Shown in pieces: positions 1-8,796 of a stretch of DNA of 64,000 nt. A program made the position numbers and the translations under genes. The notes beneath the pieces are model-generated. The model saw only the letters and a list, made by a program, of their open reading frames with translations, was not told the DNA's origin and made no database searches. Each line of letters begins with the position of its first letter. Positions within the stretch are counted from its first letter, which is position 1. This stretch comes from Candidatus Latescibacterota bacterium (lineage in GTDB: Bacteria; Latescibacterota; UBA2968; GCA-2709665): NCBI GenBank assembly GCA_965205485.1, contig OZ242180.1, positions 640,001-704,000 on the forward strand. Reading direction: 5' to 3'.

Positions 1-444
1 ACGCGCCAATTTGATCGCATTTTCAGTGGCTTCCGAACCCGTTGTCAGCAGAAACACCTTGTCCAGCCCCTCCGGCGCCAGCCCAACCAGAAACTCGGCG
101 AGCTCAGCCCTCGCGGCGTTGGGGAACACGTAACTGTGCAGAAGTCCGTTGTTGACCTGATCCAGAATCGCCTTCCTCACCTCCGGCATCCCGTGGCCCG
201 CGTTGGTCACCAGCACCCCGGAACTCCAGTCCAGCCACATGTTTCCGTACCTGTCGTAAACGCGGACGTCCTCCGCCCGATCCCATACGACAGGCGGCTG
301 CCCCCGCATGGAAGTGGGCTCGAAAGTTCGCAACGCCTCGAGCACGGGAACCGACTCCGGATGCGGCAATCCGGAAACGATTCGCCTGTATTTCGTGTCA
401 ACGCGGGGAACGTCCCGGGGTGTGATATCGAACTCCCTTCCCAT
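1..444 (-). CDS. Class III PLP-dependent aminotransferase, 5' part (runs off the window start)
   Basis: Not in the ORF track. Manual translation from ATG 444 (GGAGG upstream): MGREFDITPRDVP...VVWDRAEDVRVYDRYGNMWLDWSSGVLVTNAGHG...KVFLLTTGSEATENAIKLAR, typical class III motifs. Confidence 0.9.
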   Translation of the reverse strand, partial: MGREFDITPRDVPRVDTKYRRIVSGLPHPESVPVLEALRTFEPTSMRGQPPVVWDRAEDVRVYDRYGNMWLDWSSGVLVTNAGHGMPEVRKAILDQVNNGLLHSYVFPNAARAELAEFLVGLAPEGLDKVFLLTTGSEATENAIKLAR

Positions 445-545
445 CGCATCCTCCTGAAAAGCTTCCTGAATTGAACAGCGGGCCGCAAGCTGCCGTCCGA
501 ACCCGTCGGCACGGCGTCTCACGGCCCGCTGTTCCCCTCCCCTAT

Positions 546-674
546 CAGTCCGTTGATAAAGTCGCTCTGCAGGCGAGGCATGGTGTCCCATCCCTCGATT
601 CGGCGAGGGAGCGCAACGCAGTATTTCGACCGCAAGGGCCGGCCGTAGCCCGGATGGGCTTTTTCAACGGGCTG
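546..674. mobile_element. MITE family A, copy 1 (129 bp)
   Basis: Terminal inverted repeats CAGTCCGTTGA...TCAACGGGCTG with flanks CTAT/CTAA; homologous to 8496-8594 and 36924-37083. Confidence 0.8.
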
Positions 675-1958
675 CTAAATCGGCTTTTCGTAAATCCGCT
701 GAAAGACCGCCTCCGGCCCCTCGTCTATCCTGCAGGGATCGATAATGGTGATGCCGTCTTCGCCGAACCGGGCCGTCACCGGCGTCCCCTTGCCTTCCTG
801 CAGATGCTTGAAGTTCAGATCCCGCACCCGCCTCGCCGCGTCCACGATCGCAACCGTAATCCGCCCGTCCGCCGCGGTAGGGTAGATCCCGTCCACGTCC
901 TCGCGCGTCTCCCCCATGAACTTGATGCGGCAGGCGGCGACCAGCCCAACCGTGATGCTGTCCACGCCGTAGCCGATATACGCCTCCGAGCCATCCGGGC
1001 GCCTGACGTCACGCGTCATATGGTTGTTCACCGTACGGCTGCCGCCCCCGTTGTACCAGAAACGTAGTCCCCGGTACTGCTGATCGGACTCCACCTTGCC
1101 GTCGGTACCCACGATTTCATGGCCCTGGTTCACCGGTCCCTCGAAATCGTCGGGCGTGATCCAGTTGTTGTGGAAATAGATGCTCATACCATTATCAAAC
1201 TCCACGCGCACCTGAACCGCGTCGTAGGCGTCGATGCCTTCGCGAACCAGCCGTTTCTTCTGCCCGACAGCGGAAAGCGCGACCGGTTTGCTCCTGAAAT
1301 AGTTGTAAATCAGGTCCGTCCAGTGTGGGCCGACATAGCTGAACGGGTCGCTCTGCTCGGCCCATTTGAACGTACTCGTGGACACCTCCAGCGGCTCTTC
1401 GAGTACTGCCTGCCCGTAGAGCGGATCTCCGATGCGGCTGGAGAGATCGTGCTGGACGCGCAGATGGTCGGGATCGTATCGCTTGTGCATATCCACGCAG
1501 ACCACCAGCCCTTTCGCGTCGGCAAGTTCGATGATCTCGTCCGCCTCCTCGATCGACAGGCACATCGGCTTTTCCATGACCACGTGCGTTCCGTTCCGCA
1601 GTGCGGCCAGCGTCACCTCGGTATGCAGATGGTCCGGAGTGACCACAGCCATGACGTCCAGATCGGGAACGTCGCGCAGCACGTCCTCCCACGGCTTTTC
1701 TCCCCAGTAGGCGCGCGGCTCGCGCCCCGTTGATTCCCTGAAGTTCTCCCGCGCCCGTTCCGCGGACGACCGGGACCGCGTGGCCACCGCCACCAGGTCG
1801 AACTGTATATCGGCAAGGTCCCGCGCCCACGGATCCAGACCGACCCGCCCGAGGTTTCCACTGATTCCCATCCGCTGCAGATCGGCGAATGCTCTGGCGT
1901 GTACGTCGCCGCCGAACATCCCCGCGCCGATCAGCGCGATCTTCATCGTGCGCTGCAT
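675..1958 (-). CDS. Gfo/Idh/MocA family oxidoreductase
   Basis: KIALIGAGMFG Rossmann motif, TPDHLH, EKPM. Confidence 0.9.
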   Translation of the reverse strand: MQRTMKIALIGAGMFGGDVHARAFADLQRMGISGNLGRVGLDPWARDLADIQFDLVAVATRSRSSAERARENFRESTGREPRAYWGEKPWEDVLRDVPDLDVMAVVTPDHLHTEVTLAALRNGTHVVMEKPMCLSIEEADEIIELADAKGLVVCVDMHKRYDPDHLRVQHDLSSRIGDPLYGQAVLEEPLEVSTSTFKWAEQSDPFSYVGPHWTDLIYNYFRSKPVALSAVGQKKRLVREGIDAYDAVQVRVEFDNGMSIYFHNNWITPDDFEGPVNQGHEIVGTDGKVESDQQYRGLRFWYNGGGSRTVNNHMTRDVRRPDGSEAYIGYGVDSITVGLVAACRIKFMGETREDVDGIYPTAADGRITVAIVDAARRVRDLNFKHLQEGKGTPVTARFGEDGITIIDPCRIDEGPEAVFQRIYEKPI

Positions 1959-2080
1959 TCGCTACCTCGCTTTTCCGTTTTGCCGGTCCTCTTCCGGTGG
2001 CCGGCATTACCGGTATATCGCTTCATCGTTTCAAGCCGTCTCCACAGGCACGCGTCCGGAAACGGGCGACTCGTGACGGG

Positions 2081-2815
2081 TCATCTCGTAAAGACGGTAC
2101 CCCTCACGTAGTCCGCATCGTCCGAAACCAGAAACGCCAGCACCCTGCCCACACCTTCGGGCTTTCCCAGCCCCGCTCTCATTGTTTCCAGACACCGCCC
2201 CTCCCGGTCCGCCTGCTTCCTGAGTACTTCCATCTTCAGCGGGGTATCGAGGCTTCCGGGACACAGCGCATTCACCCGGATTCCTCTGGAGGCCAGCTGC
2301 GGGGCGAGCACGAGGGAAAGCCCGTGTACGCCGCCTTTGCTCGATCCGTATGCCGCCGAAGAACTGCCTCCCCGCACCCCAGCGCCTGAAGACACGAGCA
2401 CCAGCACCCCCCCACCGGACCGCTCCAGAACCGGCGTCACGTGTTTGCACAGCAGAAAACTGCCCTTCAGATTCACGTCCAATACGCGATCCCATATATC
2501 CGCTTCGAACAGGTCGACCGGGACCAGCGCCCCTTCGAGAATCCCTGCGGAGTGAATCAGACCATCGATGCGTCCGAACCCACGGGCCACGCTATCCACC
2601 ATCGTCCGGACCTCGCCCTCCGCGCGAACGTCAACTCCGAATCCCCGGGCTTCGCCCCCCGAACCGTCGATTTCACGAACCGTTGCCGCAACTCCGTCCC
2701 TGTCGCAATCCGCCACCGCCACCCGCGCGCCTGCCCGTGCACAGCAGACCGCCGCAGCGCGACCGATGCCCGAGGCGGCTCCGGTTATCAGAATCACCTT
2801 CCTCTTCAGAGACAT
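2081..2815 (-). CDS. Short-chain dehydrogenase/reductase (SDR)
   Basis: TGAASGIG, YGSSK catalytic motif, IRVNALCPG; start placed at MSLKRK. Confidence 0.9.
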   Translation of the reverse strand: MSLKRKVILITGAASGIGRAAAVCCARAGARVAVADCDRDGVAATVREIDGSGGEARGFGVDVRAEGEVRTMVDSVARGFGRIDGLIHSAGILEGALVPVDLFEADIWDRVLDVNLKGSFLLCKHVTPVLERSGGGVLVLVSSGAGVRGGSSSAAYGSSKGGVHGLSLVLAPQLASRGIRVNALCPGSLDTPLKMEVLRKQADREGRCLETMRAGLGKPEGVGRVLAFLVSDDADYVRGTVFTR

Positions 2816-2871
2816 CTCAGCCTCAAGGGTCGCGATAGGACTACCGGGCAAGGCATCATTGCCGCCGTGTT

Positions 2872-4299
2872 CTATTCAGCTATAGCGTAAAGCGTATTCC
2901 GGGTCCCGATGTACAACACGCCGTCTTTCGCAACGGGTGTTGTGTACACCGCGCTGCCCATGTTGATTTCGTTGATTTTCTCGAGCTTCTTCGATGCCTT
3001 GAAGATCATCACGTCACCGTCTTCGTCGCCAATGTAGACCTTTCCGTCCGCCACAAAGGGCGATCCCCAGATGGCGGCGTAGGCATCGTAGGTCCAGTGG
3101 GGCTTTCCCGTCTTCAGATCAAGGCAATAGATGAATCCGCTCAGGTCCGCCGCGTAAAGCAGCCCGTCGTGGATGGCGACAGTTGACATCGTCCGGTTGA
3201 AATCCCTGCCTCCCAGATGCCAGACGGCGTGGGTGCCGGTGACGTCGCCCTTTCCGGTGGCGTCAATCGCCCAGAGATGCCCCACCCCTTCGCCGTGCTC
3301 GGGATCCTGTCCCACGCCGATAAAGACCTTGTCGTCGAATATCACCGGCGTGGCGATGATCGCGTTGCGCGTGCCCCGTCCGCCAAGCTCCCACACGGAG
3401 TCCTTCGGATTGCAATCGAACTTCCAGATCAATTCGCCTGTCTTCGGCGCCACCGCGTAGACCCAGCCGTCCCCTCCCGGAAGGATGACCTGAGGCGCTC
3501 CGTTGATCTTTCCGTAGGCCGGGTTGGACCACTGCCCGTGCAGGATATTCGTGCCGGGATAGGCCTTCTCCCAGACGAGCTCACCGGTCTTCAGGCTGAG
3601 TGCGAGAAAGCTGGGCGCAAACGGCGAAGGGATGGCCACGTGGCCTTCATCCACCCCGTTGCTGGTTATCACGAACAGCATCCCGTCCGCGCCAACAGGC
3701 GAACAGGTGGCCAGGTTGTGCGGGAACACATCCAGCTCCTCCATCATATCGTATTCCCAGACAATATCCACGCCATTGGCGCCTGTAACGTCTTCGCTCC
3801 GGTACGGGCCGTCGTTTTCCGCGTCCAGAAAACCCTCGGTATCGGCGCAGACCACCCGGCCCTGGTTGGAAACGTAGAACAGACGATCGCCCTGGATAAA
3901 CGGCGTCGAGCAAACGCCCTGCAGCGGCCAGTCGTTCACCCGTCCCGCGGGCAGCTTAGGGTGGGCCGACTGCCACAGGAATGCCCCGTCGGATTCCCGG
4001 AATGCCATCACCACGCCGCGATCGCCCTTGATATCGGGATTTCGTTCGGCGTGGTTGTTGGTCCCCATAAACACCTTGCCGCCCAGCAGAACGGGCCCCG
4101 CGTAGGATTGCGAGCCGAGGGCGGCCTTCCATTTGACATTCTCTCCCGTCTCCGTATTCCAGTCCGCTGGCAGATTCTTCTCGTTCGACACAAGGTTTCG
4201 GGAGGGTGTAAATCCCCACATCGCGGTCTCCTGGGCGCACGCGCCCGAAGCCGGCCAGAACAGCGAAAATGCGACCAGGTATATCCATCCAGATGTCAT
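2872..4299 (-). CDS. Secreted PQQ-like (BamB-type) beta-propeller protein
   Basis: Signal peptide from MTSGWIYLVAF; repeated AxDxxTGxxxW motifs; ENVKWKAALGS. Confidence 0.85.
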   Translation of the reverse strand: MTSGWIYLVAFSLFWPASGACAQETAMWGFTPSRNLVSNEKNLPADWNTETGENVKWKAALGSQSYAGPVLLGGKVFMGTNNHAERNPDIKGDRGVVMAFRESDGAFLWQSAHPKLPAGRVNDWPLQGVCSTPFIQGDRLFYVSNQGRVVCADTEGFLDAENDGPYRSEDVTGANGVDIVWEYDMMEELDVFPHNLATCSPVGADGMLFVITSNGVDEGHVAIPSPFAPSFLALSLKTGELVWEKAYPGTNILHGQWSNPAYGKINGAPQVILPGGDGWVYAVAPKTGELIWKFDCNPKDSVWELGGRGTRNAIIATPVIFDDKVFIGVGQDPEHGEGVGHLWAIDATGKGDVTGTHAVWHLGGRDFNRTMSTVAIHDGLLYAADLSGFIYCLDLKTGKPHWTYDAYAAIWGSPFVADGKVYIGDEDGDVMIFKASKKLEKINEINMGSAVYTTPVAKDGVLYIGTRNTLYAIAE

Positions 4300-4405
4300 T
4301 TTTGTCTTGTTCTCCGGGTATCGTTGTTCTTGTTGACGCCAATCTGGCGATTGACCCGACGTCCGGATGAATGCCCTTAGTCTTCGCATCCGGCCGGATG
4401 CCCGT

Positions 4406-6580
4406 TCAGTACACGCTTACGTTGTCATAGTAAATGTTCGCCGGCGAGTACCCGTAGAGCCCGGGACTTCCTTCCCGAATGGGAAGCGGGTCCTCCGCCT
4501 CGATCGTCCATGTGTCCGGCTCCCTGTCGCTCCGCTTCCAGACCTTTCCCCTTACAATCGCCCGACCGCCATCGATATCCACCCGCATCTTCATGGTATA
4601 CCAGACGTCCGGTTCCCATTCAAAAGCCACGCGATGAACCATCCTCAAATCAGACGACCAGGACCGCACTTCCAGTCGCTTGTAGGCGCCCTGCAGATCC
4701 AGGATGTATCGGTGAGCGACCAGGCCCATGTCCGGCAGCCAGCGTCTGCGTCTGCCGCCCATCAGGTCAGCCTGGACGGTATATCCCGACATTTCAGGCG
4801 GTCCGATGTACAGATTGGACCGGTCCAGTCCGCGCGCCGCGGGCGGCTTCACCAGGACCTTGTTTCCTTCCTTTTCCTCGACCCTGAACCCCCGGCCTCC
4901 CCATACCCAGTGGCGCGGATTCTTGCCGTCAGGGACCCCCTCGAAGTCCTCGGTCCAGGGTGGCTCGGGCGCCACCCGTACCCATGCCCTCGCGGTCAGC
5001 CCCCCGGTCGCGGCAACCACCCATCCGGCCTGTCCCCGTTTCGCCGGTGAAAACCGGCCGTTCTCAATCCGTCCGTCCAGCGATTCGAGGGACCACGTCA
5101 CGTCAACCTCTCCAATCAGCCGGCCCAGGTCGTCGTACGCCCGTGCGCTGAGTGGCAGCACCTCGTCAGGCGTGATTGTTCTCTCCGCGGGGACGACAAG
5201 AATCGTCGCCGTTTTGCCGCCCGACGGCGCCCGGGGGCGCCTTACAGACGGAGTGGACCCGGTCGCGAACGACCCATCCTTGTCGCCCAGGCAGAACAGT
5301 CCCGCTTCGGTTGCGAAGTAGACCCGACCGTATGCGACGGCGACCGAACCGTAGATCTCTGCGGGCCTGCCGGCGGGCATCATGATCTTCCTGTCATTCA
5401 GTACCCGCGCACCTACAGCCCCCACCTTGAGAATCCGGAATCCGCCGTTGACTTCGGTGACGTATAATTTACCGTCGGCCCAGGTGGGAGAGCCCTTGCC
5501 CACCGTACCGACGTTCTGCTCCCAGTATTTCCGCCCGGACTCCGCGTCAAGGCAGTGTACGTTCGCCGAATTGTCAATGACGTACAGACGCCCGGCATGA
5601 AGGGCCGGAGAAGCATACCCCGCGGCGATCCCGTCCTGGCGCCAGATCTCTCTTCCCGTTCCGGCGTCGAGGCAGACAACCCGACCCATCGTCGTATTGT
5701 CCACGTTCTCTTCGCTGTGGGTCGCGTACACGCGATTGTCAGCCGCAACCGGAGATGTGTTGATACCCCGCCTGCTCAAGGGGAACCCCCATACCACTTC
5801 ACCCGTCGCGGCCTTGAAAGCGAATATCCCGCCGTTTCCGTTCCCTGCGATCAACAGCCTCCGGCCGTCGACGGTCGTCGCTATCGGCGTGGAATATACA
5901 GTCAGGTCGGCCTGTCCGCCCCCGCCCGGCCGCGCCATCCAGACGGTCTCTCCAGTGCGCTTGTCGAAGGCCATGTACCGGTGAGACGGAGGACGGTCCG
6001 CCCAACCCCGGTTTCCCATGCTGATGACGACCAGGTCTCCGTCTACCACCGGCGTATGCAACCTGCCGCCATAGCCCGAAAACCTGTTGAATTCCTCGGT
6101 CAGTGACCTGCTCCAGAGGATCCGTCCATCACCGTCGAAACACAGCAGGAGGCCGTTCACCAGGTGCGCGTACACATTGCCGGTTTCCCCGTCGGCGCCA
6201 AGGTTCGCCCAGCCCAGGCGGTTGAACGTAATGGTGGAGTGCCATACGTTGAACTTGCGTTCCCATACCAGCCGGCCGTCCTCCGCATCGAAACACGCGA
6301 CGTGTTCCTGCCTGGTTACCCCCTCCCCTGTTCTTCCGATCACGTAGACCCGCCCATTCAGGATCACCGGCGTGGACCGGCCGATGAACTCCGACCGCCA
6401 GACCAGGTTTTCACCGTCCGGAGACCAGCTGGAAATCAGGCCGGTTTCCGGAGACGCGCCGGTCTGCATGGGCCCTCGCCAGTGGGTCCAGTCCGACGCC
6501 CCGGCCGGCATAGACCAGACCATCGGCAGGGCGCCGACCAGGCAGGCCGCGAGAATGCGATTTTTTGTCCATGCGTACAT
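4406..6580 (-). CDS. Secreted PQQ-like beta-propeller with Ig-like and C-terminal beta-sandwich domains
   Basis: Signal peptide then DWTHWRGP; repeated CLDAxTGxxxW; C-terminal beta-rich domain ending YYDNVSVY. Confidence 0.85.
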   Translation of the reverse strand: MYAWTKNRILAACLVGALPMVWSMPAGASDWTHWRGPMQTGASPETGLISSWSPDGENLVWRSEFIGRSTPVILNGRVYVIGRTGEGVTRQEHVACFDAEDGRLVWERKFNVWHSTITFNRLGWANLGADGETGNVYAHLVNGLLLCFDGDGRILWSRSLTEEFNRFSGYGGRLHTPVVDGDLVVISMGNRGWADRPPSHRYMAFDKRTGETVWMARPGGGGQADLTVYSTPIATTVDGRRLLIAGNGNGGIFAFKAATGEVVWGFPLSRRGINTSPVAADNRVYATHSEENVDNTTMGRVVCLDAGTGREIWRQDGIAAGYASPALHAGRLYVIDNSANVHCLDAESGRKYWEQNVGTVGKGSPTWADGKLYVTEVNGGFRILKVGAVGARVLNDRKIMMPAGRPAEIYGSVAVAYGRVYFATEAGLFCLGDKDGSFATGSTPSVRRPRAPSGGKTATILVVPAERTITPDEVLPLSARAYDDLGRLIGEVDVTWSLESLDGRIENGRFSPAKRGQAGWVVAATGGLTARAWVRVAPEPPWTEDFEGVPDGKNPRHWVWGGRGFRVEEKEGNKVLVKPPAARGLDRSNLYIGPPEMSGYTVQADLMGGRRRRWLPDMGLVAHRYILDLQGAYKRLEVRSWSSDLRMVHRVAFEWEPDVWYTMKMRVDIDGGRAIVRGKVWKRSDREPDTWTIEAEDPLPIREGSPGLYGYSPANIYYDNVSVY

Positions 6581-6699
6581 CGATACAATACCCCCGAATG
6601 TCCTTTCCCGGTCAGATTCCAATTCTCCCAAAGATCCTTCCCTCCGTGAACCGCTGCCTGGGCTCAACTTCTCCGTGCAACCCTGTCCATGTCGCCTGA

Positions 6700-7158
6700 T
6701 CAGCGAAACGTGCCCTCCGCAATATCCGATTCACCGACGAATTGCTTGAGATGTGCTATAGCCCTCGCCAGATCGCTCCTCACCCACGGATCTCTCTCCG
6801 TCCGCATCGCGAGTTCAAGGACGGCAATGGCTTCGGGCTGTTCGATATGCATGATTGCGACGGCGGCCTGCTGGCGTAACCGGCGGCTGCCGTCTCTGAG
6901 GAACGGCACCAGATCGGGAAGCGCTTCGCCGGCGCCCAGCATGCCCAGCGCCCAGACAGCCTTGGCCCGCACTTCCGGAACCGTGTCTCGCAGTGCCTGT
7001 CGCAGATGGGGAACCGCACCGGGTATGCGGTGCGCACCCAGATAAACAGCAGCATCCTCGCGTTCTCGCGGCGTTCCGGCTCTGAGCCGCGTAAAGTGAT
7101 CGCTGCCGCCCCCGCACGCCGGCAAACCGAGCAACAATATGAGGATTACGCCACGCAT
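6700..7158 (-). CDS. HEAT-repeat lipoprotein
   Basis: Lipobox LPAC; repeats such as [10 protein letters not shown] and LRQQAAVAI; overlaps the hemL stop. Confidence 0.75.
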   Translation of the reverse strand: MRGVILILLLGLPACGGGSDHFTRLRAGTPREREDAAVYLGAHRIPGAVPHLRQALRDTVPEVRAKAVWALGMLGAGEALPDLVPFLRDGSRRLRQQAAVAIMHIEQPEAIAVLELAMRTERDPWVRSDLARAIAHLKQFVGESDIAEGTFR

Positions 7159-8435
7159 TCTTTCAGGGCCGTGTATTGCGCTTTAACCGTTCGGTCTATA
7201 TCCTCGTCGGTATGCGCCAGCGAGACAAACGTGGCTTCGAACTGGGAGGGCGCCAGATACACGCCCTGCTCCAGCATCCGACGGAAGTAACGCGCGAAGG
7301 CGTCCTGGTCGCACGCCACGGCGGCTTCGTATCGTGTCACCGCGCGGTCCGTAAAAAACAGCGTCATCATCGACCCGACCCGGTTAAGGCGAAAGGGCAA
7401 TCCGAGCGACTTCAGGTTTTCCCGGAAACCGGCTTCAAGCGCGACTGACTTACCCTCGAGCGCCTCATAGGCGCCCGGTTCACGGAGTTGCCGGAGCGTC
7501 TCGTAACCGGCCGTCATCGCGAGAGGATTTCCCGACAGCGTCCCGGCCTGCGATACCCCTCTGCCCAGCGGCGAAATGTGGGACATGATCTCGCGCCGGC
7601 CGCCGAACGCGCCCACCGGCAGGCCCCCGCCGATGATCTTCCCGAGCGTGGTCAGATCCGGCGTAATCCCGTACAAACCCTGGGCGCCGCCCGGATGAAT
7701 GCGGAAACCCGTAATCACCTCGTCGAAAATCAGCACGATGCGAGACTCGACAGTGAGTTCCCGCAGCCCCTGCAGGAACCCCTCCGCCGGCGGAATCACC
7801 CCCATGTTTCCGGCAACCGGCTCTACGATGATCGCCGCGATCTCGTCCGGGTTCTCCGCCACGATCCGCTCGACCGCCTCAATGTCATTGAAGGGCGCCG
7901 TGACGGTACCCGACGCCGTTCCGGCGGTCACGCCGGGGCTGCTGGGCACTCCCGTGGTCAGCGCCGACGACCCCGCCTGAATCAGGAAGCTGTCCGCGTG
8001 CCCGTGCCAGCAGCCTTCGAACTTGATCACCTTCTCCCGTCCCGTATACCCCCTGGCCAGGCGTACCGCGGACATCGTGGCCTCCGTGCCCGAGTTCACC
8101 ATGCGCACCATATCCACGCCGGGCACGAGTTTGGTGACAAGCCCGGCCATTGCCACCTCGATTTCCGTGGGCGCGCCGAAACTCGTTCCATGTTCGCAGA
8201 CCTTCCTGATCGCCTCGACGACGACAGGCGGCGCATGGCCGAGAATCAGCGGGCCCCACGAGCAGACATAGTCGATATATTCCCGCTCGTCCGCATCGAA
8301 AACCTTCGATCCGCGTCCTCGCGTCACAAAAAGCGGCTGGCCGCCCACCGGGCCGAACGCCCGCGCCGGGCTGTTCACACCGCCGGGAATCACCCGCTGC
8401 GCCGCTTCGAACAACGCTGCCGAACGGTTTCCCAA
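7146..8435 (-). CDS. hemL: Glutamate-1-semialdehyde 2,1-aminomutase
   Basis: [53 protein letters not shown]. Confidence 0.97.
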   Translation of the reverse strand: MGNRSAALFEAAQRVIPGGVNSPARAFGPVGGQPLFVTRGRGSKVFDADEREYIDYVCSWGPLILGHAPPVVVEAIRKVCEHGTSFGAPTEIEVAMAGLVTKLVPGVDMVRMVNSGTEATMSAVRLARGYTGREKVIKFEGCWHGHADSFLIQAGSSALTTGVPSSPGVTAGTASGTVTAPFNDIEAVERIVAENPDEIAAIIVEPVAGNMGVIPPAEGFLQGLRELTVESRIVLIFDEVITGFRIHPGGAQGLYGITPDLTTLGKIIGGGLPVGAFGGRREIMSHISPLGRGVSQAGTLSGNPLAMTAGYETLRQLREPGAYEALEGKSVALEAGFRENLKSLGLPFRLNRVGSMMTLFFTDRAVTRYEAAVACDQDAFARYFRRMLEQGVYLAPSQFEATFVSLAHTDEDIDRTVKAQYTALKECVA

Positions 8436-8495
8436 GTAACACCCCCGTCTTTATGTCGGCTGCCGGATCATTCCTTGTTCCACACCAGCCCTTAA

Positions 8496-8594
8496 CAGCC
8501 CGTTGAAGAAGTCCATCCGGGCTGCGGCCGCCTCTTGCGGCCGAAATACTGCGTTGCGCGCCCTCGCCTGCAGAGCGACTTTCTCAACGGACTG
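8496..8594. mobile_element. MITE family A, copy 2 (99 bp, inverted, TTAA on both sides)
   Basis: CAGCCCGTTGA...TCAACGGACTG flanked by TTAA at 8492-8495 and 8595-8598; reverse complement of the other copies with an internal deletion. Confidence 0.8.
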
Positions 8595-8641
8595 TTAATT
8601 TTCAGATTTTGACCGCCAATGTCAAGTGGCGATTTTTGGGC

Positions 8642-8669
8642 TTGCGACGCGGCCCGCGCGACGTATATT
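8642..8669 (+). promoter_or_regulatory. Putative sigma70 promoter for the tRNA-like gene
   Basis: TTGCGA-16 bp-TATATT ending 14 bp before the tRNA-like 5' end. Confidence 0.5.
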
Positions 8670-8683
8670 TCGACGTCATTTTC

Positions 8684-8749
8684 GCGGCAGCAGCTCAGCA
8701 TCCGGCTTTGGACCGGACGGTAGGGGTTCGAGTCCTCTCTGCCGCACCA
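8684..8749 (+). tRNA. Atypical 66-nt tRNA-like gene, anticodon TTG (Gln), D-loop missing
   Basis: Acceptor GCGGCAG/CTGCCGC + A + CCA; anticodon stem TCCGG/CCGGA, loop CTTTGGA; T-arm AGGGG-TTCGAGT-CCTCT; only 10 nt (CAGCTCAGCA) between acceptor and anticodon stems. Confidence 0.8.
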
Positions 8750-8756
8750 TCCGGAG

Positions 8757-8780
8757 CCCCGGTCATCCGACCGGGGTTTT
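8757..8780 (+). terminator. Intrinsic terminator after the tRNA-like gene
   Basis: CCCCGGTC-ATCC-GACCGGGG-TTTT. Confidence 0.7.
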
Positions 8781-8796
8781 GCCTCCCCGATCCGGC

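Noticed and set aside
473..534. Riboswitch upstream of the first aminotransferase
   Set aside because: A 13-bp outer stem with an inner stem is present, but it matches no aptamer I recognise and has no clear U-tract.
8626..8796. 57-aa N-terminal extension of UvrA in the ORF track
   Set aside because: It overlaps the tRNA-like gene and its terminator; UvrA similarity starts after ATG 8797.
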